27,879 bases of DNA from Bacilli bacterium. GTDB taxonomy: Bacteria; Bacillota_I; Bacilli_A; ML615J-28; CAG-698. Both the position numbers and the translations under genes were made by a program. Location of the stretch: NCBI GenBank assembly GCA_036562395.1, contig DATCKF010000040.1, positions 1 to 27,879 on the forward strand. Direction: 5' to 3'. Position 1 is the first letter of the stretch. Each line of letters starts with the position of its first letter. Shown here in pieces: positions 1 to 9,252 of the stretch. The notes below the pieces were generated by a model that had not been told where the DNA came from, did no database searches, and saw only the letters and a program-made list of their open reading frames with translations.

Positions 1-479
1 TCTTCCATATCGTTATGTTCATAACGTAATAGTTTTGCATAACTTAAGCGACATGCATCATAAATACTAGCATGATTTTCTTTGTCGCCTATAATAACAT
101 CATTTCTCCCACAAACCGCACTAATAATTCCTAGATTCGATTGAAAACCTGTTGAAAATGTCATTACTGCTTCTTTTTTTAAGAAGTCACGTAATTCCTC
201 TTCCAATTTCACATGAATATCCAACGTTCCGTTTAAGAAACGTGAACCACTACAACCTGAACCATATTTTTTGACTGCTTCAATTGTAGCATTCATAACT
301 TCAGGATTAGATGTTAATCCTAAGTAGTTGTTAGAACCAAGCATAATGATCTTGCGACCATTAAACATCATTTCTGTGTCTTGTCCAGATTCTAAGGCTT
401 GGAAATAAGGGTAAATTCCTTTATCCTTAACGCTTTGAACAAATTCTAAATATGGTCCCATTTTACTAAATAAATCCAT
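1..479 (-). CDS. PLP-dependent alpha-oxoamine synthase, serine palmitoyltransferase (SPT)-like; 5' partial, runs off the window edge
   Basis: Not in the ORF track; translated by hand from ATG at 479 (RBS GAAAGAGGGA): MDLFSKMGPYLEFVQSVKDKGIYPYFQALESGQDTEMMFNGRKIIMLGSNNYLGLTSNPEVMNATIEAVKKYGSGCSGSRFLNGTLDIHVKLEEELRDFLKKEAVMTFSTGFQSNLGIISAVCGRNDVIIGDKENHASIYDACRLSYAKLLRYEHNDME. Motifs SNNYLGL, GSRFLNGT, STGFQSNLG and HASIYD are family hallmarks and closest to bacterial SPT. The PLP lysine lies outside the window. Confidence 0.8.
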   Translation of the reverse strand, partial: MDLFSKMGPYLEFVQSVKDKGIYPYFQALESGQDTEMMFNGRKIIMLGSNNYLGLTSNPEVMNATIEAVKKYGSGCSGSRFLNGTLDIHVKLEEELRDFLKKEAVMTFSTGFQSNLGIISAVCGRNDVIIGDKENHASIYDACRLSYAKLLRYEHNDME

Positions 480-511
480 TTGTGTTCCCTCTTTCTTTAA
501 CTAACAAAATC

Positions 512-540
512 ATTATAGCATATCAATAGAATTTCGTCAA
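512..540 (-). promoter_or_regulatory. sigmaA-type promoter for the SPT-like gene
   Basis: Minus strand TTGACG (540-535), 17 nt spacer, TGc-TATAAT (517-512): near-consensus with extended -10. Confidence 0.75.
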
Positions 541-581
541 TAATCAAAAGGTGATATCATTATTTCAAAAGATAAAAAAAA

Positions 582-611
582 TTCAAATATATAGAGATTT
601 TGTGGTAAAAT
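582..611 (+). promoter_or_regulatory. putative sigmaA promoter of the mnmG operon
   Basis: TTCAAA (582-587), 18 nt spacer, TGg-TAAAAT (606-611), 15 nt before the ATG. Confidence 0.5.
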
Positions 612-626
612 ATATGCGGTGATAAA

Positions 627-2501
627 ATGTATGATGTAATCGTCATCGGTGGTGGGCATGCGGGAATCGAAGCAAGCCTTGCTGCTAGTAGACTAAATAA
701 TAAAACTTTAATGATAGTAGGCAATAAGAAAAAAATCGCAAGCATGCCATGTAACCCTTCCATCGGTGGACCAGCTAAGGGGATTATTGTCCGTGAAATT
801 GATGCCTTAGGTGGAGAAATGGCAAAAGCAATTGATGCAACCTTATTGCAAGTAAAAATGCTTAATGTTTCAAAAGGTCCAGCCGTTCGAGCATTAAGAG
901 CCCAAGCAGATAAGGTTACATATCCGAAATATATGCGTGAAGTATTGTCTGCAGAAAAAAATTTAGATATTCTAGAAACTTATGTTATCGGATTAGATAT
1001 CAAGGATAATCGTGTTTGTGGAGTGATTACTGAAAATAATGAATTAATTACTGCGAAAGCTGTAGTTATTGCCAGTGGAACATATCTTGCTAGTCGCGTC
1101 TTAATTGGAAGTGAAGCTACACCTTCTGGACCTGAAGGTGAAAGAACAACATCAAAATTAAGTGAAAACCTTAAAAAATTAGGTTTTGAATTAATTAGAT
1201 TAAAAACCGGAACACCTCCAAGAGTTAAGAAAAATTCAATTGACTTTGATAAAATGATTCCGCAATACGGTGACAATTATCCATGGAAGTTTAGTGATGA
1301 GACAATGGAAACACTTCCTCTTGAAAAACAAGTTGTATGTTATTTAACATATACAACCGCAAAAACTCACGAGATCATTCGTAAAAACTTACACCTTTCA
1401 AGTATGTATTCAGGATTGATTGAAGGTGTTGGACCTCGTTATTGTCCATCTATTGAAGATAAGGTTGTTAGATTTGCTGATAAGGAGAGACATCAAATTT
1501 TTATAGAACCCGAAGGAATGGAACTTGATGAATTATATGTTCAAGGCTTTTCAACAAGCCTTCCTCGTTATATTCAAGAAGAAATGATTAAAACTCTTCC
1601 AGGATTAGAAAAGGCGATAATTACGAAATATGCTTATGCGATTGAATACGATGCGATTAATCCATTAGAACTTAAAAATAATTTAGAGACGAAAAAAATT
1701 GAAAACTTATTCTTTGCTGGGCAAGTTAATGGTACAAGTGGATATGAAGAAGCAGCATGTCAAGGATTAATGGCAGGAATCAATGCATCATTAAAACTTC
1801 ACAATAAAGAAAGTTTTGTCCTTCGTCGTGATGAAGCATATATAGGGGTCTTAATTGATGATTTAATTACTAAAGGTGTTCGTGATCCATATCGAATGTT
1901 GACATCAAGAGCTGAATTTAGGTTATTATTACGCCATGATAATTCAGAAATTAGATTATTAAAACATGGTTATGAAATTGGACTAATTAGTGAAGAACGT
2001 TATTCTCGTCACTTAGATAAATTAAAATTAATGGATGAAACAATAAAGAAATTACACGAAATTAAGATAACTCCTAAATTAGCAGTTAATGAATATTTAG
2101 AAAAGCAAAATAAAATGCTCATTAATGAAAAATTAAGTGGATATGATTTTTTAAAACGTCCAGAGATCGATTTTAATGATATCGAATTTGCAACTGGTGA
2201 AGATTTTTCATATTTAGATAATGATATGAAAGAAGAAATATTAATTTCGATAAAATATGAAGGTTATATTTCAAAAGCTTATAAACAAGCCCAAAAAATG
2301 CAATCATTAGAAGCTAAGAAAATTCCTGAAGATTTAAACTATGACCTTGTTCCTAATCTTGCTTCTGAAGCCAAAGATAAGTTAAAGAAAGTTCGTCCAC
2401 ATACAATTTCTCAAGCATCAAGGATTAGTGGTGTTAATCCTAGTGATATTGCTGTCTTATTAGTATATATAGAAAGTAGAAGAAAACATGGATCCTTTTA
2501 A
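627..2501 (+). CDS. mnmG: tRNA uridine-5-carboxymethylaminomethyl(34) synthesis enzyme MnmG (GidA)
   Basis: 624 aa; FAD-binding GGGHAG, MPCNPSIGGPAKG, RLKTGTPPR, GPRYCPSIEDK, GQVNGTSGYEEAA, YRMLTSRAEFRL. Confidence 0.98.
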   Translation: MYDVIVIGGGHAGIEASLAASRLNNKTLMIVGNKKKIASMPCNPSIGGPAKGIIVREIDALGGEMAKAIDATLLQVKMLNVSKGPAVRALRAQADKVTYPKYMREVLSAEKNLDILETYVIGLDIKDNRVCGVITENNELITAKAVVIASGTYLASRVLIGSEATPSGPEGERTTSKLSENLKKLGFELIRLKTGTPPRVKKNSIDFDKMIPQYGDNYPWKFSDETMETLPLEKQVVCYLTYTTAKTHEIIRKNLHLSSMYSGLIEGVGPRYCPSIEDKVVRFADKERHQIFIEPEGMELDELYVQGFSTSLPRYIQEEMIKTLPGLEKAIITKYAYAIEYDAINPLELKNNLETKKIENLFFAGQVNGTSGYEEAACQGLMAGINASLKLHNKESFVLRRDEAYIGVLIDDLITKGVRDPYRMLTSRAEFRLLLRHDNSEIRLLKHGYEIGLISEERYSRHLDKLKLMDETIKKLHEIKITPKLAVNEYLEKQNKMLINEKLSGYDFLKRPEIDFNDIEFATGEDFSYLDNDMKEEILISIKYEGYISKAYKQAQKMQSLEAKKIPEDLNYDLVPNLASEAKDKLKKVRPHTISQASRISGVNPSDIAVLLVYIESRRKHGSF

Positions 2502-3129
2502 AATATATTATGATTTTTTAATTTCGGAAAATAATAAATATAATCTGACAAGTATTACTGATGAAGAAGAAGTTTATTATAAACATTTCCAAGATTCATT
2601 AAAAACTTCTCTTGCTCTTGATTTTACAAAAGTGCAAACTTTATGTGATATTGGGAGTGGTGCTGGCTTTCCAGGAATTCCTTTAAAAATAACTTATCCT
2701 CATCTCCAATTAACAATTATCGAACCAACTCAAAAAAGATGTCGATTTTTAGAACAATTAGTTTTGAAATTATCACTTAATGGTGTTATAATTAGGAATG
2801 AAAGAGCAGAAGATATCAAAGATTTACGAGAAAAATTTGATGTTGTTTGTGCTCGTGCGGTCGCAAGTCTTCCAGTCCTCTTAGAATTATGTATTCCTTA
2901 TGTTAAGGTTGGAGGATATTTTATTGCTTTAAAAGGTTCTAATTATCAAGAAGAAGTTAATAACTCAAAAAATGCTTTAGAAGTGCTAAAGTCGGAAATT
3001 GAAGATATTATCGTGTATGAGTTGGATAAGGGTTATGGTACACATAGTCTTATTAAAATCAAAAAGAATTTTCCAACAAACAAAATTTATCCACGTCGTT
3101 TTAGTCTAATCAAAAAACAAAGTTTATAA
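2488..3129 (+). CDS. rsmG: 16S rRNA (guanine(527)-N7)-methyltransferase RsmG (GidB)
   Basis: NLTSIT, KHFQDSL, SAM motif DIGSGAGFPGIPL, ARAVA; overlaps the mnmG stop by 14 nt. Confidence 0.96.
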   Translation: MDPFKIYYDFLISENNKYNLTSITDEEEVYYKHFQDSLKTSLALDFTKVQTLCDIGSGAGFPGIPLKITYPHLQLTIIEPTQKRCRFLEQLVLKLSLNGVIIRNERAEDIKDLREKFDVVCARAVASLPVLLELCIPYVKVGGYFIALKGSNYQEEVNNSKNALEVLKSEIEDIIVYELDKGYGTHSLIKIKKNFPTNKIYPRRFSLIKKQSL

Positions 3130-3142
3130 TAAGGAGGAGAGT

Positions 3143-3913
3143 ATGGGGAAAGTATTAGCCATCGCCAACCAAAAAGGTGGAGTTGGTAAAACGACAACCG
3201 CTGTGAATTTGTGTGATGCACTCTCACGTGAAAATAAAAAAGTTTTATTAATTGATTTAGATGAACAAGCTAATGCTACAATTGGTTTAGGAATTTCAAG
3301 AGAACTTGTTGGCGTTACCAGTTATGATTTATTAACAACAGATATTTCTATTCGTGATTCCATTTATTTTTCAATTAATAATGACTTTGACTTTGTTCCT
3401 GCTTCAATCAAACTTTCAGAGATTGAAACAATGATCGGGAATATTGAAAATAATAAGTTTGTGCTTGCGAAAAAGATTGATGTTGTAAAAGAGGAGTATG
3501 ATTTTATTATTATTGATTGTCCACCTTCACTTGGAATAATTATTGATAATGCTTTATTTGCAAGTGATGCGGTGATTATTCCAGTAGAATGTGATTATTA
3601 TGCATATGATGCGTTAACGCAAATGGTCAATAAAATAAATCAAATCCAAAAACAAAAGCGCAATTTTAACCGCTCCTTAACTATTGAAGGAATCCTCATG
3701 ACAAAACTTGATAATCGCAATATCTTTGGTTATAAAATTGTTGATAAGGTTAAAGATTTATTTCCTTCAAAAATGTTTAAAACGATTATTAATCGTTCTA
3801 GCCATTTACAAGAAGCACCGATGTATGGAAAGACTGTTTTAAAATATGCATACAATTCACGGGGAAGTAAAGAATATCGGGAACTTGCTAAGGAAATAAT
3901 AAACAATAATTAG
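3143..3913 (+). CDS. parA: ParA/Soj family ATPase
   Basis: ANQKGGVGKTTT deviant Walker A, IIIDCPPSLG, EAPMYGK; RBS AAGGAGG; usual position after rsmG. Confidence 0.93.
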   Translation: MGKVLAIANQKGGVGKTTTAVNLCDALSRENKKVLLIDLDEQANATIGLGISRELVGVTSYDLLTTDISIRDSIYFSINNDFDFVPASIKLSEIETMIGNIENNKFVLAKKIDVVKEEYDFIIIDCPPSLGIIIDNALFASDAVIIPVECDYYAYDALTQMVNKINQIQKQKRNFNRSLTIEGILMTKLDNRNIFGYKIVDKVKDLFPSKMFKTIINRSSHLQEAPMYGKTVLKYAYNSRGSKEYRELAKEIINNN

Positions 3914-3922
3914 GAGGTTATC

Positions 3923-4750
3923 ATGTGGGATAAAATTAAAATTTATATCCAAAATCATACGGGTGTAGTTATTGCGGTTGCAGTAACGATTGTTGTTACC
4001 TTTTTACTACAAGTTGCACTAACTCTTGCGATTAATAGTTATACCAAAAGAGTTAAAAATAGACGCGCAGTGACACTTGCAAAATTAGTTCAAAGTATCA
4101 TTCGTTATGTTATCTTTATTATCGCTGCAATCTTTATTATTAACTTCTTTGGAGTTGATCTTACAGCTTTATTAGCAGGAGCGGGAATTGCTGGATTAAT
4201 TATTGGTTTAGGTGCTCAAAGTTTGATTAGTGACTTCCTTGCTGGTTTAGGAATTGCTTTTGAAAATTATTATGAACTTGATGATGTTGTTGAAATAAAA
4301 GGGTTTAAAGGTACTGTTATTGAAATGGGCTTACGATCAACCAAACTTCTCAATTGGAAAGGAGAAGTAAAAATAATTGCTAATGGTGAAATCAAAGAAA
4401 TTATCAATTATTCTCGTAGTTTTTCAATGGCAGTTGTAAAAGTGGTTATTTCATATGATGAAGATATTGATAAAGTTATATCCCTACTTGAAGAAAAACT
4501 TCCAGCGATGAATGAAAGCTTCCCAGAAATAATAGAAGGGCCAAATGTGATTGGCGTAACAGAATTACAAGATAAGGGTGTTGAAATTCAGATAAATGCG
4601 AAAACAAAAGCAGAAGGACATTATGCGATTGAAAGAGCATTAAGAAAACGTGTCATTCAAATTTTATCTGAACGTAATATTCGTATTCCTTATCCGCAAA
4701 TCGTCTTCCAAGAGTCGAGAAAGGAATCGCAAAGTGACGACAGCAAATAA
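3923..4750 (+). CDS. mscS: small-conductance mechanosensitive channel (MscS family, YkuT-like)
   Basis: N-terminal TM helices, GIAGLIIGLGAQSLISDFLAG, GTVIEMGLRSTKL, NIRIPYPQ; RBS GGAGG. Confidence 0.9.
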   Translation: MWDKIKIYIQNHTGVVIAVAVTIVVTFLLQVALTLAINSYTKRVKNRRAVTLAKLVQSIIRYVIFIIAAIFIINFFGVDLTALLAGAGIAGLIIGLGAQSLISDFLAGLGIAFENYYELDDVVEIKGFKGTVIEMGLRSTKLLNWKGEVKIIANGEIKEIINYSRSFSMAVVKVVISYDEDIDKVISLLEEKLPAMNESFPEIIEGPNVIGVTELQDKGVEIQINAKTKAEGHYAIERALRKRVIQILSERNIRIPYPQIVFQESRKESQSDDSK

Positions 4751-4922
4751 ATATCAAGTTGGAGAAATCCTTGAATTTAAAAAAGTTCATCCTTGCGGTG
4801 AAAAAAGATGGGAAGTATTGCAAATAGGGGTATCATATAAATTAAAATGTGTGGGCTGTGGAAGAGTGATAATCATTCCACGCGTTGAATTAAATAAAAA
4901 AGTAAAAAAACCCAAACCTTAA
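4734..4922 (+). CDS. DUF951 family small protein (62 aa)
   Basis: KKVHPCG...WEV...KLKCVGCGR motif. Likely start is GTG 4734 behind AAGGA, overlapping the mscS end, rather than 4650. DUF951 usually follows mscS in Firmicutes. Confidence 0.85.
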   Translation: MTTANKYQVGEILEFKKVHPCGEKRWEVLQIGVSYKLKCVGCGRVIIIPRVELNKKVKKPKP

Positions 4923-4931
4923 GGAAAAACG

Positions 4932-5633
4932 ATGATTGCAAATGTTGTTAATTTTCTTTCGATTATTTTAGGTGGTAGTCTAGGATTAATCCTAAAAAAG
5001 ATAATTAAAAAAGACATGTGTGATGCCATTCTTAAAGTAATTGGAATTGTTGTTATGGTGTTTGGGATTGTGGGGTTATTGACATCAGTAATTACCATTG
5101 ATGGTAATAATATTAAAAGCAATTATGAATTGTTATTATTAATCAGTTTAACAGTCGGAACCTTGATTGGGGAATTATTAAAAATTGATAATCGCTTAAA
5201 TCAGTTTGGAAAATTCATAGAGCAAAAATTTAATAAATCCCATTTTGCCATTGGTTTTATTAATGCGACATTAATCTTTTGTGTTGGCGCTATGGCGATT
5301 ATTGGTAGTGTTAATGCTGGCTTAGGTGATCCAAAAATCATATATTTAAAAGCGATAATTGACGGTATTACTGCTATCATTTTAGCATCAACATTAGGTT
5401 TTGGGGTTCTCTTTTCAAGTATTTTCGTATTGTTATATCAAGGTAGTATTACTGTAATCGTGATAACTTTAGGTGATATTTTTGATCACGAGTTTATTAA
5501 TACATTTAGTATGGTAGGTTATGCTTTGGTCTTATGTATCGGATTAAATTTCTTACGCCAAGAAAAGCTTAAAATTGCGAATATGCTACCATCACTTGCT
5601 ATTGTTATTCTTTATAATATCATCAAGATGTAA
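4932..5633 (+). CDS. DUF554 (YdfK-like) membrane protein
   Basis: Multiple TM segments; FCVGAMAIIGS, LKAIIDG, LGFGV, NMLPSL motifs. Confidence 0.88.
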   Translation: MIANVVNFLSIILGGSLGLILKKIIKKDMCDAILKVIGIVVMVFGIVGLLTSVITIDGNNIKSNYELLLLISLTVGTLIGELLKIDNRLNQFGKFIEQKFNKSHFAIGFINATLIFCVGAMAIIGSVNAGLGDPKIIYLKAIIDGITAIILASTLGFGVLFSSIFVLLYQGSITVIVITLGDIFDHEFINTFSMVGYALVLCIGLNFLRQEKLKIANMLPSLAIVILYNIIKM

Positions 5634-5659
5634 ACGACTTTTCAGTCGTTTTTATTTTT
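5632..5659 (+). terminator. intrinsic terminator of the mnmG operon
   Basis: AAACGACT-tttc-AGTCGTTT followed by a T-rich tail. Confidence 0.85.
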
Positions 5660-5666
5660 GATTAGT

Positions 5667-5695
5667 TTGCATTAAAAGATTTCATATGTTATAAT
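5667..5695 (+). promoter_or_regulatory. sigmaA promoter of ABC operon 1
   Basis: TTGCAT, 17 nt spacer, TGt-TATAAT. Confidence 0.75.
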
Positions 5696-5717
5696 TTTAA
5701 AGTATTTTGGAGGGATT

Positions 5718-7487
5718 ATGAAGAATGCCATAAAATCATTTATCTTAATGATTCAAAAATATCCATATAGTATTTTAATTTATATCGCTTCAATTATTAC
5801 GAGTGTTGCGATTGTCAATATCCCAGTAAAAGTAATTGAAGAAATTGTCAAGGTCTATGAAGGAGATCAAGATTTTAATAAAGTCATTAAAATTTTAATT
5901 ATTGCTTCAATTTTCCTCTTTATATGTTACTTAATGACAATCATGACAAATTATGTTAATGCATATATTGAAAGAAATTTTAAAGCTGAATTATCAATCA
6001 TGTTTTATAAAAAACTTGATCATATTGATTATGATTTTCATGAGAATCCGAAATTCTTAAATGATTATACACGGGCTTTAGAACAAGGAACGGAAAGAAT
6101 ATATTTATGTGCAAATGGAGTAATTGAAACTTTAAGAATCTTTTTCCAAAGTATGTCGCTTTTGATTGTCATTTTTAATATGCATTATTTAGCAGTTGTC
6201 TATGCCATAATGATTGGCTTTATTTATATGTTAATAAGGATTAAAGTTGGAAGATTAGATTTTAAAGCTCTATCGCTTCAACGTCCATATTTTCGTAAAA
6301 GGAATTATGTCAATCGGACTTTTTTTATTAAAGATGCAATGGCTGATTTAAAAACAACTGCTATTTCTGATTTATTATTGGAAAATAACGAAAAAGCTAA
6401 TGATGGAATTATTGAAATTATTGATAGTGTTACAAGTAAAAAAACTTTCTTTACTTATCTTGGAGAAATATTAATATCTTCGATTTATCCAGTTACTCTT
6501 GGAATTCTTGCTTATGTTACACTTGATAACTTTGTCCTTTCTGACTTTTCCGCATTAACTCTAGCAGCAACCACTTTATCAACCTTAGTTTCACAATTTG
6601 TTAGAGTTCTTGCTGATTTAGAAAATAATGCTTTGGAATGTAAAATTCCATATGAAGTATTAGAAATGACATCTATTATTGAAGGAGTTCAATATGAAGA
6701 AGTCAAGGATGATTTTCAATCTCTTGAAGTGAAAGATGCTTCCTTTTCATATGATGGGATTCATTTCGTCTTACAAAACATTAATATGAAAATTAATAAA
6801 GGTGAAAAAATTGCCATCGTAGGCGCTAATGGCGCGGGGAAGACAACTTTAGTAAAATTATTATTAAGATTATATGATGTAAATAGTGGTGCTATTTATC
6901 TTAACAATCAAGATTATAAAAATGTCACTGCCAAATCATTACGTAAAAAAGTTGGTGCGGTTTTTCAGAATGTTGAAGTATATGCGGTGAGTATTGCGGA
7001 AAACATTTTATTAAGGACACCAGTTACTGAAGAAGATTATCAATTAATTGATGAAGCATTAAAGTTTAGTGGTTTGGATCAATATGTATATAGTTTAGAA
7101 GAAGGTATCAATACCGAAATCACTCGCGAATTTAATAAAAAAGGAGCGATATTTTCTGGAGGACAAATGCAACGTTTAGCGATTGCTAGAGGTTATGCGC
7201 AAAACTATGAACTATTTATTTTAGATGAACCAAGTAGTGCTTTAGACCCTCTAGCAGAAGCCGAAATATATCAGAATATGATTGAACTGGGGAAAAATAA
7301 AACTATTGTTTTTATTTCTCATCGTTTAACTTCAACTGTTAATAGTGACCGGATATATTTGTTCGCTAATGGAACGATTGTTGAAGCGGGGACACATCAA
7401 CAGTTAATAGCTCTTAATGGTATTTATAAGCAAATGTTTACTTCACAAGCTAGTAAATATCTTGGAGGTAATTATGAAGACAATTAA
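5718..7487 (+). CDS. ABC exporter, fused permease/ATPase, subunit A of pair 1
   Basis: N-terminal TMD; GANGAGKT, FSGGQMQR, ILDEPSS, SHRL; RBS GGAGG. Confidence 0.93.
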   Translation: MKNAIKSFILMIQKYPYSILIYIASIITSVAIVNIPVKVIEEIVKVYEGDQDFNKVIKILIIASIFLFICYLMTIMTNYVNAYIERNFKAELSIMFYKKLDHIDYDFHENPKFLNDYTRALEQGTERIYLCANGVIETLRIFFQSMSLLIVIFNMHYLAVVYAIMIGFIYMLIRIKVGRLDFKALSLQRPYFRKRNYVNRTFFIKDAMADLKTTAISDLLLENNEKANDGIIEIIDSVTSKKTFFTYLGEILISSIYPVTLGILAYVTLDNFVLSDFSALTLAATTLSTLVSQFVRVLADLENNALECKIPYEVLEMTSIIEGVQYEEVKDDFQSLEVKDASFSYDGIHFVLQNINMKINKGEKIAIVGANGAGKTTLVKLLLRLYDVNSGAIYLNNQDYKNVTAKSLRKKVGAVFQNVEVYAVSIAENILLRTPVTEEDYQLIDEALKFSGLDQYVYSLEEGINTEITREFNKKGAIFSGGQMQRLAIARGYAQNYELFILDEPSSALDPLAEAEIYQNMIELGKNKTIVFISHRLTSTVNSDRIYLFANGTIVEAGTHQQLIALNGIYKQMFTSQASKYLGGNYEDN

Positions 7488-9249
7488 AAATAATGTTGCA
7501 ATATTAAAATATGTTTATAAATTCTGTCCATTAATGATTATATTTGCTCTTTTTTATATCGTTTCAACAAACATCCTTGCAATTAGTAAAATTAATATTA
7601 TTGCCAAAGCAATTGATTTAGTAACTAGAGGGGAAGATATAAAAATTTTACTTTTGGCTTTATGTGAATATTTAATAATCATTTTAATAACTTCAATATT
7701 TACGATTTTATTTAATAATTATATTCGTCCTCGTAATCGCACATTATATATTAAAAACATGCAACAGTTTTTGTTTGCGAAAGTCAAATATATTGATATG
7801 GAATCATTTGATAACCCTGAATTCTATGATAATTATTCACGAGCTTTACGGGAAGGAACTTATCGGGGTATTCAAGTTTTTGAAGAATTAGTCCATTTTA
7901 TTGCTGCCATAACAACAACAATAACTATCGGAATTAAAATTGTTGTCAGTGATTATTTATTAATTGCCATTATTTTAATTTCTTCAATTGTCAATATTGT
8001 TGTTATTAATATTATTAATAAAAGATGGTATTATTGGAGTAAAGAAACTGAACAAGATCGTAGGATGTATCAATATATTAATCGTACTTTTTATCGTCAA
8101 AGATTTGCTGGAGAAATTAAGACAACACCGATAAGTGATTTACTCATTAAAAAATATCGTAATACTGCTCAGGAAATTAATCAGAAATATGCAAAAACAC
8201 ATTTAAAATTAATTAAATTTCATACCATTTTTCACATCTCAAAAGTATTTATTGAATATGGTGCCAGTACTTTATATTTAGGATATCGCTTATTTAAAGC
8301 AACAAATAAAATTTCTATTAGTACTTTTACTGCTAGTTTAAATGCGGTCTCGCAATTTTCTAGTTATTTTACCGATGCGATTAATTTCTTAACAAGACTT
8401 AAAGAATATGCTTTATATATTGATGATTTCTTATGGTTAATAAATTATGAACCAGAACTTGAAAAAAACGAAGGAAAAAGTATTGATGAAATCAATGATT
8501 TAAATTTAGTTAATGTTAGTTTTAAATATCCAGAAGCTTTAAACTTTAGTTTAGAAAATATTAATATCAATATTAAAAAAGGTGAAAAAATAGCTTTGGT
8601 TGGTCCGAATGGGAGTGGTAAAACAACTTTAATTAAATTACTATTACGTTTTTATAATCCTACTGATGGTAAAATATTAGCTAATAATTTAAATTATAAT
8701 GATTTAATGATTTCATCACTACGAAATAATTATGCAGTTGTGTTTCAAGATTTTCAGATTTATGCAATGACAATTGGGGAAAATATCTTAATGAGAAAAT
8801 TAGAGACTAATGAAGATGAAGAAAGGGTATGGGATGCCCTTGAAAAAGTAGGAATGAAAGATAAAATTATGATGCTTCCAGAGGGAATTAATACGGAAGT
8901 GACAAGAGAATTTAATCGTCAAGGGGCTGTTTTTAGCGGCGGAGAAATCCAACGCCTAGCAATTGCCAGAGTCTTTGCTAGCGATGCAAGTTTATACATT
9001 TTAGATGAACCGACAAGTTCACTTGATCCATTATCAGAAGAAAAAATAAATAAATTAATCATAAAAAATGCAGAAAAGACGATGATAATAATAGCACATC
9101 GATTATCAACGGTCGTTGATGCTGATTGGATTTATTTAATTGATAAAGGAAGGGTTGTTGAAGAGGGGACACATGAAGAGCTACTTCGCCAAAATGGGAT
9201 GTATGCGAAAATGTTTTTAACTCAGAAAAGTTTATATTTAGAACGGTGA
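7474..9249 (+). CDS. ABC exporter, fused permease/ATPase, subunit B of pair 1
   Basis: TMD; GPNGSGKT, FSGGEIQR, ILDEPTS, AHRL. Start moved from 7417 to ATG 7474 behind GGAGGT, overlapping the upstream stop. Confidence 0.92.
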   Translation: MKTIKNNVAILKYVYKFCPLMIIFALFYIVSTNILAISKINIIAKAIDLVTRGEDIKILLLALCEYLIIILITSIFTILFNNYIRPRNRTLYIKNMQQFLFAKVKYIDMESFDNPEFYDNYSRALREGTYRGIQVFEELVHFIAAITTTITIGIKIVVSDYLLIAIILISSIVNIVVINIINKRWYYWSKETEQDRRMYQYINRTFYRQRFAGEIKTTPISDLLIKKYRNTAQEINQKYAKTHLKLIKFHTIFHISKVFIEYGASTLYLGYRLFKATNKISISTFTASLNAVSQFSSYFTDAINFLTRLKEYALYIDDFLWLINYEPELEKNEGKSIDEINDLNLVNVSFKYPEALNFSLENININIKKGEKIALVGPNGSGKTTLIKLLLRFYNPTDGKILANNLNYNDLMISSLRNNYAVVFQDFQIYAMTIGENILMRKLETNEDEERVWDALEKVGMKDKIMMLPEGINTEVTREFNRQGAVFSGGEIQRLAIARVFASDASLYILDEPTSSLDPLSEEKINKLIIKNAEKTMIIIAHRLSTVVDADWIYLIDKGRVVEEGTHEELLRQNGMYAKMFLTQKSLYLER

Positions 9250-9252
9250 TTT

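Noticed and set aside
533-539. Spo0A-box-like TTCGTCA overlapping the SPT promoter -35
   Set aside because: A degenerate 7-mer expected several times by chance in 28 kb (TGTCGAA also occurs inside the AKR CDS); no independent support.
3088-3096. DnaA-box-like TTATCCACG (also TGTGGATTA near 13754) suggesting oriC near mnmG
   Set aside because: Isolated one-mismatch boxes with no cluster, and no dnaA, dnaN, rpmH or mnmE in the window.
3220-3235. parS-like sequence ACTCTCACGTGAAAAT inside parA
   Set aside because: Only 11 of 16 positions match TGTTTCACGTGAAACA and the outer arms are not palindromic.
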